64,000 bases of DNA, taken from the sequence record OR776998, one strand, 5' to 3'. Position numbers and translations under genes: made by a program. The notes beneath the pieces are model-generated. The model saw only the letters and a program-made list of their open reading frames with translations, ran no database searches and was not told where the DNA came from. This document shows, piece by piece, positions 17,641-26,500 of this stretch (its first letter is position 1; each line of letters starts with the position of its first letter). The DNA comes from Escherichia phage YX22.

Positions 17641-19858
17641 ACCGTCTCAGCCATTCTTCCATAGACATACCAGAGCGTTCATCATAAACCTGAATTCCAC
17701 CGAACCCTGAGATGTTCTCCACAGAGTGAGGATCTGGCGTCGACATCATACCCCCAAATGGTAGCATCTGAGATTCTTCCATCGCAGACAACCGTCCTCT
17801 CATGTCCACAGAGATATTTGAATTGGTGAGATCACTAAACCATTCTTGTTTCACCGCCCATGCATACAACACGAGGGGCATTACACAGTCATCATGACAA
17901 CCATCATCGGCTTCATACCTTGTTCCAGTCCATACGAATGTACTGAGTTCATCTATCGTGTCCTGGTCATCTATCACCAGCATTTCACGTTCAATCAGGG
18001 CTTTCAGGTTGGCACAGCCGTTTGTGCGCACCTTCTTGTTGGTATTGATACCAGGTTCAGGGCGGCGACCACCGATTCTCTTGCCTGTACCCTTGGTATC
18101 TGTTGTGGTGAAGATGATCTCTGGATATTCAATTTCTTGGTATAGAATTGTGATTACCTGACCACCCACGTCGTTGTTGGTCTCGACTAGCATCGGGCAC
18201 GTTCCATACTTCTCACCCATATCGGCGATTGTGTACGCATACATCATTGGAGGTATCGTGTTATTTCGATACTTGGCTGCGATCTTGTGAGGATAGTCTG
18301 TGATGTCGATAATGGTCAGCACAGAATAATCCCCTTCGACACCCTTGCCTGTATCTGCGATACCCATATAGATGCGCTTAGGATCGTAGTCGTGATAAAT
18401 CTTGGTGAACTCGTTCGGCTCCTGATACAGCTTCGAGGTCATCTTGTCCAGACACTTGGCAGGTATCAGTGATCCCACAGAACCACGGAACTTAATGCCA
18501 AATTCTTGATCGAAACGTGCATCACCCAGCTTCGCCCTTTGTTTGGATTCCCAGTCTGGATCTTTGGTGTACGTTGGAACACGATACCATGGGACCTCGG
18601 TGAGTTTGAAGTCGTTGTATTGTGGGTGTTCTGGGTTCGCCTTGGTGACGATGTCGTAGAACAACCCGCGCTGACCTTTCGGCGTACTGGTCAGAATACA
18701 ACGTGAAGTCTCTGCAGATGCAATCGCCGGGAATGTAGACTCCCAGAATTCAAAGTCGTTTTCAATGAACGCCACTTCGTCCACATACAGGAGCGATACA
18801 GATCGACCACGGATGGAGTCGGAAGATGTCGCATAGGCGTAGATCTTTGATCCGTTTTCGAACTCTATCAGCGTGGAACCGAACTTCTCACAACCCTGTT
18901 GGAGGAAGAATGGCAAATCTTGATATGCTTTGCGAATACGATCTAGGATTTCAATCGCCTGCTTCTCTTTGTTCGCCAGTACTGCGATCTCTTTGTCGGA
19001 GTGGAACATCGCATACCAGAGCAGGAACGCTGCCACGACAGTCGTGTTGTGGCTGAGGAAGCCGTTGGTGTAGTAGCGCTGATCACTAGATTTCACCTGT
19101 AGGTCATACATGTGATGCGTCTCACCAGTCTGCCAAACCTCACGGATTTCTTCTGGACCTTCTGACGTCATGATGTATGACCCAGCATTCAGGTCTTTGG
19201 CAAATATCTCCTTCATTTCCGGAGTGAAGAATATATGTTCGTCGGCCACGTTAATTCGCCGCCCAGTAACAGTCACAATAACGAATTCCGCATATTTCTT
19301 CGTCTTATGCGCTGCGATAACCGGAACCCAGCCACTATCGGATTGCACAAAGTAACGTTTGCCGAAGCGGCTGTCCACGAACTTGTCATGGTTGCCAATG
19401 GTATTCAGCGGCACAGCGTGGTTGACGTCCTCGAAGCGGCTGTGAAGCTCCCCTATGGTCAGGAGCAACTGCTCTTGGCTGAGAGTATCGTAAACTGTGA
19501 CAAGCGTGTCACCTTTTACACATTTCCCAGACTGACGAGCCTGGACGACCGCATTGAATCGATAGTCCTGGAAGTCATGGAACAACTGCTTCTGGTAATC
19601 GTGCATGTCAAAGAGGATGAAGCCTTTATCGATGGTCGTGATCTTGTAGTAGTTGGCGGCGAAGTAATGGGCGTCCATCGCACACTCGACGAACTCCGAT
19701 TCTTGTTCGTCGGTTAGCATCAACTCCACACGAGGTGCACGCACAGACGGCTTGCGCATGAACGTTTGGTCCATACGCAGTCTGACGTCTTCTGTCTTAA
19801 ACCCCGTCTTGAGCGGGGCGTATTCTACATCACGCTTCTGATACGCCATTGTCTTCAC
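17639..19858 (-). CDS. gp17: terminase large subunit gp17-like, interrupted by an in-frame mini-intein
   Basis: Walker A reads QARQSGK then 159 aa then T; flanks align with T4 gp17 ATPase and nuclease regions. Confidence 0.9.
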   Translation of the reverse strand: MKTMAYQKRDVEYAPLKTGFKTEDVRLRMDQTFMRKPSVRAPRVELMLTDEQESEFVECAMDAHYFAANYYKITTIDKGFILFDMHDYQKQLFHDFQDYRFNAVVQARQSGKCVKGDTLVTVYDTLSQEQLLLTIGELHSRFEDVNHAVPLNTIGNHDKFVDSRFGKRYFVQSDSGWVPVIAAHKTKKYAEFVIVTVTGRRINVADEHIFFTPEMKEIFAKDLNAGSYIMTSEGPEEIREVWQTGETHHMYDLQVKSSDQRYYTNGFLSHNTTVVAAFLLWYAMFHSDKEIAVLANKEKQAIEILDRIRKAYQDLPFFLQQGCEKFGSTLIEFENGSKIYAYATSSDSIRGRSVSLLYVDEVAFIENDFEFWESTFPAIASAETSRCILTSTPKGQRGLFYDIVTKANPEHPQYNDFKLTEVPWYRVPTYTKDPDWESKQRAKLGDARFDQEFGIKFRGSVGSLIPAKCLDKMTSKLYQEPNEFTKIYHDYDPKRIYMGIADTGKGVEGDYSVLTIIDITDYPHKIAAKYRNNTIPPMMYAYTIADMGEKYGTCPMLVETNNDVGGQVITILYQEIEYPEIIFTTTDTKGTGKRIGGRRPEPGINTNKKVRTNGCANLKALIEREMLVIDDQDTIDELSTFVWTGTRYEADDGCHDDCVMPLVLYAWAVKQEWFSDLTNSNISVDMRGRLSAMEESQMLPFGGMMSTPDPHSVENISGFGGIQVYDERSGMSMEEWLRR
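19046..19522 (-). mobile_element. mini-intein (Hint domain, no endonuclease domain) inside TerL Walker A
   Basis: Starts Cys (CVKGDTLV), ends His-Asn followed by Thr that completes GK-T; 159 codons by arithmetic from ORF start. Confidence 0.75.
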
Positions 19859-20543
19859 CTTCTTCCTTCGGCTGCGGCTCGGCCTGAACGTCGATTACAT
19901 CTTCTTCGGGTTCAGGTCCTTTGGACGCAGCTTTCGCTGCAGCACGTTCTTCAGCACGTTTACGGGCGTCTTCGATGGTCTTCAGTAGATCACGGGAAGA
20001 CCTGGCCTGTTTACCGACGTTGACCGTGGTTGTGCCATCAGGGGACGTGGTGACCTCGACGGTTGTTTCATCTCCAGGAGGTGGCTCTCTGTCGCCCGTG
20101 ACCGCCTTGATAGTTTTCTGGTTCTCCATCAGGTCTTTGTTCAGGCCGCGCATGAGTTCACCCAACTCTTTGAAGACTGTAAAGGCACGGGGTGCTTCAG
20201 TCGTCGTCGCAAGTTTGGCTGCCTGTCCCATCATGAACATCGTGGCTTCCTGCATGGCATAAGTCGTGTCACGGATGCGTTTGTAGTCGGTGGTGGCATC
20301 AGTGTCTTCGAAGTCTGGAACCTTAGACTCCTTGGGCTTCAGCTCTTCTGGGTCCAATGAAGGAGGAAACACCACAGGCTCATACCCCGCAGGCTTTTCA
20401 CCCAACCATTCGCCTGTATCCGGATCGTAATCTTTTCCGGCCATAGGCGAGGTCTTCTCCATGACTTCTTGAGCGACCTCATCCCGCGCTTGGATAGCAC
20501 TGAGGGTGGATAATAGGCGTTCTGACATAGCACTCATAATCAA
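19830..20543 (-). CDS. gp16: terminase small subunit, gp16-like
   Basis: DTDATTDYKRIRDT..MFMMGQAAKLATT..LMENQKTIK resembles recalled T4 gp16 core; overlaps TerL start. Confidence 0.6.
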   Translation of the reverse strand: MIMSAMSERLLSTLSAIQARDEVAQEVMEKTSPMAGKDYDPDTGEWLGEKPAGYEPVVFPPSLDPEELKPKESKVPDFEDTDATTDYKRIRDTTYAMQEATMFMMGQAAKLATTTEAPRAFTVFKELGELMRGLNKDLMENQKTIKAVTGDREPPPGDETTVEVTTSPDGTTTVNVGKQARSSRDLLKTIEDARKRAEERAAAKAASKGPEPEEDVIDVQAEPQPKEEGEDNGVSEA

Positions 20544-21235
20544 TCTCCAGGATGATGTACACCGTCTTTGTCAACACGGAACCACTCCGGCAGTTCCGTC
20601 CACGGTGTTTTCAAATCATTAGACATTTCGATAATTATCTCTTTGATCCCGTTAGGATCCCCGCCTCCCTCGTTGTCCACCCAATAGTCATACCCGTAGA
20701 TGAAGCCGCTCAGCTGGAACATGAAGGAGCAGTCGACGTGTGGTGAATCAGAAGCATCCCCTTCCCAGTTATCGGACATCTGGTGGCTGACCAGTTGGAT
20801 CTTGATCTTCTGGTCTTGCTGTAGTGTATCGTTGTCCTTGATACCACAGTCTAGAGAGGGAGTGAATACCGAATAAACCTGCTCTAGCACCTGTAACATC
20901 TCAACTAATTTCTTGGTTCGGATATTGTACTCAAAATCGATAATCAGGGGGATTCGCTGCTTCGCCCCTGCTGTTGGTGTCGATTGTCGATTGTGGTACG
21001 TCTTCGTCACCTGTTTGTTGATCTCAAACTGACCAAAAGAGAAGGTCGCAAATGGAAGCATGTTGGACGGCACGTTCCTGTTGAGGTCATTGCGTCTCCC
21101 GATGGCCATGTGTAATGGGACTTCCATAAGACCACGCTCTGTGTTCACCTTCAGATCAGACATAATGGTGGCAAACAGATTGATGTATTTCATCAATGAA
21201 TCATGGTAGAAGTAATTTTCAAATGGTCTGGCCAT
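20540..21235 (-). CDS. tail completion/sheath stabiliser, gp15 position
   Basis: 231 aa between gp14 and gp16 homologues; assignment by synteny only. Confidence 0.5.
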   Translation of the reverse strand: MARPFENYFYHDSLMKYINLFATIMSDLKVNTERGLMEVPLHMAIGRRNDLNRNVPSNMLPFATFSFGQFEINKQVTKTYHNRQSTPTAGAKQRIPLIIDFEYNIRTKKLVEMLQVLEQVYSVFTPSLDCGIKDNDTLQQDQKIKIQLVSHQMSDNWEGDASDSPHVDCSFMFQLSGFIYGYDYWVDNEGGGDPNGIKEIIIEMSNDLKTPWTELPEWFRVDKDGVHHPGD

Positions 21236-21237
21236 GA

Positions 21238-21888
21238 TTATTCTCCAAAGTCGATCTTCATATCGTCTGTTGCAAGCCCCTTCTCAAGATCATCTGCTAA
21301 AGCATTGTCAGTCTGTAGAGAAGAATCCTTGTACACGTCCGGTTCGTTCTCTTCGTCCAAGATGGACAGACGTTTGTCGATATCGTCGATCTCCGGAACG
21401 CCCGTATCGAAGTTTTCGTTGCCGTACTGGAACAACGTGCACGGCAGAGAGAACGTATACCATTTGCCAAATTGCATGAAGTCTTCATCGTTGTTCGGGT
21501 TGTTGACCTTGAAGATCTTGTTCGCCAGTGGTAGATAGATCAGGTCACCTTCCTGAGGTTGTTGTTCAATCCCAACACCGTTGCCTATCACCTCGGCAAA
21601 TCGGCGGCGCGAGATAGAGAACGTCACTTCGTCTTGCAATTGGATACCCCCAAACTTCTCCCACATCTGGGTGTTGAAGCCCTGATAATCCTGCATGTAC
21701 GCTTCGATGTCGAACGCCTGGTCGAATCTGTGGTTAGCATCGTTGGTGATAGGAAATTTTTCAACGATGGAACGGGGTATATACTTGATGTCTATCCCGC
21801 GCAACTCAATCATTTCCTGTACCAAATCTTCAATCAGCTTCTGTGTGCCTTGGTGATTGGTGGCGTTGAAATATTTAGAAGTGGCCAT
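21238..21888 (-). CDS. gp14: neck protein, gp14-like
   Basis: EGDLIYLPLANKIFKVN matches T4 gp14 EGDLIYFPMDNSLFEIN; GAGGGTA SD; late motif upstream. Confidence 0.7.
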   Translation of the reverse strand: MATSKYFNATNHQGTQKLIEDLVQEMIELRGIDIKYIPRSIVEKFPITNDANHRFDQAFDIEAYMQDYQGFNTQMWEKFGGIQLQDEVTFSISRRRFAEVIGNGVGIEQQPQEGDLIYLPLANKIFKVNNPNNDEDFMQFGKWYTFSLPCTLFQYGNENFDTGVPEIDDIDKRLSILDEENEPDVYKDSSLQTDNALADDLEKGLATDDMKIDFGE

Positions 21889-21904
21889 ATCGATACCCTC
21901 AATT

Positions 21905-21917
21905 TTGAAGGTATTTA
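21905..21917 (-). promoter_or_regulatory. late-promoter-like motif upstream of gp14
   Basis: Minus strand CGACTAAATACC then GAGGGTA SD and ATG 21888. Confidence 0.4.
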
Positions 21918-21947
21918 GTCGAAGTTTATTCTTTTGAGGAATAGCTC

Positions 21948-22160
21948 ATGCAAGTGGAAGACATCAAAGAAGTTCGCAGCGGTCGTCGCGTCCGAATCAT
22001 CTGTGTGGACGCCAAGATTGGAGGTGGTGATTACGACATCGTCGGTCTGGTGAAAGAAGTAGATGGCACAGACTTCATTGAGTGGTGGAACTCCAAAGAT
22101 AAGACAGAAGACGGTCTGCTGCGTGGTAGTGGCGACGGAAACCTGGATTTGAAAATCTAA
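21948..22160 (+). CDS. small hypothetical protein on opposite strand between neck genes (moron-like)
   Basis: 70 aa, GAGGAA SD, followed by bidirectional terminator. Confidence 0.4.
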   Translation: MQVEDIKEVRSGRRVRIICVDAKIGGGDYDIVGLVKEVDGTDFIEWWNSKDKTEDGLLRGSGDGNLDLKI

Positions 22161-22162
22161 AA

Positions 22163-22190
22163 GAAGGGCGGGTAATCCCGCCTTTCCTTA
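22163..22190. terminator. bidirectional terminator between small + ORF and gp13
   Basis: GGGCGGG-TAAT-CCCGCC with T-runs on both strands. Confidence 0.55.
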
Positions 22191-22946
22191 TCCCATGTAG
22201 AAGTCGATAGGGTACTGCTGACCAGTACGCAATTCTTCCTCTAAACGCTCGATCTCCGCTTCAGCCTCACTGAACATACTATCGCCATCCAGCTCGATAC
22301 CGCCAGGGAGACGGATGCCTCTTGCCTTCTTGAGCACTTCTGCCCAGCGGCGCTTGACCAACGCAGTTGCATATGCCTTCAGCCACATATCATTCCATGC
22401 TTCTTCATTACCCTCAACCTCTGGGTCGATGTTCTGGAAGCATTTGAACGCCAACACCTCGTCCTTTGTCAGGGCGAATTGTGGGTAGAGTTTGCGCTGG
22501 AATTTCTTGTAAACGAAGGTGCGCTTCACGTTCAGCACACTGGTGATGTCAGACAAACGCTGTTGCATTGAAACATAGTCGACCAAGCGGATGGAAACGA
22601 GGGCGGCCTTTGGTACCAACATGGCTTGGGCCATCTGCCATTGAGGGGTTGCCCAGTTACCGATCGATTCAATCGGAGGGCCAACGATGACTTCAACCAC
22701 GTCGTCGATGTCTTTGGGGAATTCGATGTAACCGTTGGTGATAGTTTCTTCAGTCACCTGGTGAACAAAGAATGCGTCCTGACTGCCATCACGATGATAC
22801 TCCCAAAACTTCTGTAGAGCATCGTCTACAGCATCCGAAACTTGCGTTGGGTCAAGGTTGATCTGAATTACAGGTGCCCCCAATTTCTTGAGAATGTAAT
22901 TCATAAATCCTTTACGATCAACAATAGAATTAACGGCCATTGCCAT
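22188..22946 (-). CDS. gp13: neck protein, gp13-like
   Basis: ILKKLGAPVIQINLDPTQV..FWEYHRDG matches T4 gp13 ILRRLGAPIINVELTPDQI..YGEYHFDG. Confidence 0.75.
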   Translation of the reverse strand: MAMAVNSIVDRKGFMNYILKKLGAPVIQINLDPTQVSDAVDDALQKFWEYHRDGSQDAFFVHQVTEETITNGYIEFPKDIDDVVEVIVGPPIESIGNWATPQWQMAQAMLVPKAALVSIRLVDYVSMQQRLSDITSVLNVKRTFVYKKFQRKLYPQFALTKDEVLAFKCFQNIDPEVEGNEEAWNDMWLKAYATALVKRRWAEVLKKARGIRLPGGIELDGDSMFSEAEAEIERLEEELRTGQQYPIDFYMG

Positions 22947-23268
22947 TCCCCTTGTTGCTCTGGATATCAGCGACGGTGATACGTAAAGTGCGAACGTCGT
23001 CGGATAGACTGTTGCTATTGAGTTTCAACTCAGCAACGTTCTGCTTGACGTAGTTAACGTCTGTGTTTAACACAGCAATCTTCTCATTCATATCGTTCAC
23101 CTTGGTGAGGATTAGGTCGACCTTGTTGGAGTCACGCTCAACCACATCAAGGCGATTCTCAAATTTACCCATCATCCAAACAACCGAGCCAACAGAGACT
23201 ATCGTCGCCGTCAGCACCCCGGTGAGGATCGCTTTCACATCGATCATAGTGTCAGTTTGGGTTGCCAT
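22930..23268 (-). CDS. membrane-anchored coiled-coil protein
   Basis: 112 aa from ATG 23268 (AGGAGG SD); one TM helix then heptad-like C-terminus. Confidence 0.45.
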   Translation of the reverse strand: MATQTDTMIDVKAILTGVLTATIVSVGSVVWMMGKFENRLDVVERDSNKVDLILTKVNDMNEKIAVLNTDVNYVKQNVAELKLNSNSLSDDVRTLRITVADIQSNKGNGNGR

Positions 23269-23500
23269 CTTGGCCTCCTGACGGGAGTTCAATCCCGAGG
23301 TGTTCCGCCATGAGTTGTACCATCGCTGTTAGTTGATCTATTTGCGCTGCCTGCGCTGCAATAGTTCTGTCCTTTTCTTCCTGATTTCGACGAGCGTTCA
23401 GTGCTGCCAAACCGGCAGCATTGTCTGTGCAGATGATAGCCCCAGGGCAAGAGCTACTTCTCATCATCGATGCATGCCCTTGTACTTTTACACCACGCAT
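23252..23500 (-). CDS. hypothetical small protein
   Basis: 82 aa, AGAGGA SD. Confidence 0.45.
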   Translation of the reverse strand: MRGVKVQGHASMMRSSSCPGAIICTDNAAGLAALNARRNQEEKDRTIAAQAAQIDQLTAMVQLMAEHLGIELPSGGQDGNPN

Positions 23501-23549
23501 GATAATATCCTCTGTTAATGGCGGGGTTGCCCCGCCTTGTTAATACTAC

Positions 23550-26500
23550 TTATGCCAGAGCAATCAAACGGAAATCTTTGAATGACGGCGGTGCTATACG
23601 GTTGCCTCTGACCAGCAGGCGGATCTTCAGGCCAACGAAAGGATTGGTGCTGTCTACAGTCTTGTCATACTCATATTCGAAGAATGCAGAACCGTCATTG
23701 ACCAGAGGGGATGTCGGTGTCACAGTTTCCCATGCCACATTATCCATCTCCTGACCTGCGCGCAGCAGTTTAACCTGCACAGTCATTGAAGACTGAGAAG
23801 GTAGCATCGCGCCGAAGTATTGCTTCAGAGTGGTGCAAGGGTTATCGAATCCGATATCCTTGGTCACATAGCTGAACACATCTTCAAACGGATCCACACC
23901 GTAGGTGTTGAAGATGATAGTGAAATCATCACCGTCGATCATTGGAGCCGTGTAGACATTACTCTCGTTGCGAGTCATGGTTGCACGAACCTGGAAGTCG
24001 CCCACCTGACGATAGATACCTTCCGTCGGCAGAGACACGTCCGTATCGGATTCGAACTCAACCCAATCAGAGAATGAGTTGGAGGTCGCATCGCGATAGC
24101 GGTATTCCAGTTTCAACACAGATCCTTCCAGGGCTGAATTGGTGACGCTTGCGTAGAACATGTCTACCAAGTAGTTGCCTAGGAAAGAAGCCGCTTCACC
24201 ACCAATCTGACCGTCGGAGTCGGCGTTGGAACTCAGAACGAATTTGAACGTCGTGAACGTCGCATCAGTCACAGTGTGTTGAGCGTTCAGTTGCTCAGGA
24301 GTGAAACCGCAACCACCCGTCAGACCAGACAGAGTAACACTTTCGCCCGCAGTCAGGCCATGCCCCGGAGCGTACACAGTAACAGTTGAAGAACCATTGA
24401 CACATTTCACGGTGTTCAGACCCAGAGGGCGGATCTTCGGACCGACTTTAGCATCGAAGGTCACGATGTTTGAACCAGCGGAGAAGTTACAGCGATACAC
24501 ACGGAACTTCATATCGGCAGTCTGGTTTGGAGTCCAGGTCGTACCATTTGAAGATGTGAAGAACACGCCAGTGTACGGCTGTTTGGCAATGAACTCGTTG
24601 GTCAGCAAGTTCTTCTTGCCCATCTCTGCGATGTATGCGTTGTAGTCCTGAGTGTTGGCCAAGAGAACAATCGCGAACTCAGTCTGCGCCTGCAGATACA
24701 CAGGATAATCAAACTTGAACATCGTCGGCACAGAAGAGTCTGTGGAGACGGAAACTTCTGATGGATTCAAAGTCTTACGAGTGACGACAGTCGTCGCTGG
24801 CAGACCATTGCTCATCTCACGGATTTCCAAAGTGATTGGAATATCGCGAGACTTGGTAGAGAAGAACACTTCGATGCCTTCGATGTATTCGCCGCCGATA
24901 TTGGTGGCAACCATAAAGGACTGGGCGATAGGATCTTTCCACTTCGCGACTTCAACCGTCTCTGTTTTGTTTTCCGTAGACTTGGTCGCAGTGTATCCCA
25001 GGACGCGGGTGTTGACATAAGTCTTCTGGATGCCCTGTTTCTTACCGAAGGACTTATGAACAGCCTCAGCATTGGTCAGGGTATCATCAGCAGACTTGCT
25101 GTCCACAGGACTGTCAGTCAGACGGAAGACATTGTCACCCGTGTTAAACTTGATAGTCTCGTTCTGAGGAACCGCAAACACGCCTTTGATGTTGCCGTTG
25201 GCGTCAGTATTCAACGCACCACCCAGAGCGCCACCGTTTGGGGTACAGTACGCGCTCACATCACGCCCAGAGAAGAACGGATACACACGAGTGAACGGAC
25301 GCAGGCCTGTGGCTTCGAAGTTGATGTTCGTTTTGCGCATGTATGGGATTACCTGCGTTTCAACGATCTGCTCGCCAGTCAGGGTAGTGGTCGTCTTGTC
25401 GGTGTACGTGTACGTGGTGACGTCACGGGTAGACACAGTCGTGCGGTAGCGATAGCCCCACCATACACCACCTGCACCATGCGGTTCCCACACACGCTCA
25501 GACACGGACACAGTACGCCATGTGCCATACACAGAACCTTCTTTGATCGCACCACGGGTGTTGATCGTTTCGTTGATCACACGTGGAGTAACATAGTAGT
25601 TCTCAAACCAGTAATCAGTAGTTGGGTTCAGTTTCAGGAATCCTTCCCAGTTGAACACCGCATACGGGTTCACGTTGATGGTCGTGGTTGCATAGTCCTG
25701 GCGGACAGAGATCTCACGGGTGTAGTTGCATACAACCATGCCATCCTGAACGTTGTTCCAACCGACTGGCGTCAGGTCAATCGCGTTCTGCTGAACAAAC
25801 GGACGCAGACGACCATTATCAGTGTCGATTGAACCCACCCAGTCTGCAGACAAATCGTCGATCAGGCGGAAGTCTTTGAACGGGTCTGCTGCGATACCGT
25901 TCTTGAAGCGCGGGTTGCCAGTAATTGGATCGAACACCTGTTGTGACATCGCCGAGGATTCCAGCTGAGACAGTGAGGTGTAATATTCGACATTGGAGAT
26001 ACGGGTCTCCAGTTTACCGATATCGCGCATCGTGTAGCGGCGGTTGTCGATAGTACGAATCTGGATGTCGTCAATGTTGGCCGTGTAAGGCGGGATCATC
26101 AATTCATACAGGCGCATGCCGTTGTCTGGGATCGCAGGGGAAGCCAGGTTGTTGGAACTCACACCACGAGCAACGTTGAACACACCGTTGTCTGCCAGAT
26201 ACACAGCATCAATACGAGGCAGATAGTACTCTGCATCTAGGATGATCGCGGTGTTCGGGCGAACCATGTCCGTGTCAGACGCTCCGCTGGTGATCTTGGG
26301 ACGGAAGTCCAGACTGTCGGCCAACCCATACACAGTACCAGAACTGGATGAAACATAGTTCGGGATGTCTGGATAGTTGATGGACGAATAGGAGTCCGCT
26401 GTGAAGAAATCACCAGAGCTGTGAGCGAAATACTGATACACCACCGTGAACGTCCCTGAAATGGCTCCAGTGGACGATATGAGGTTAGAAAGGTAGTATG

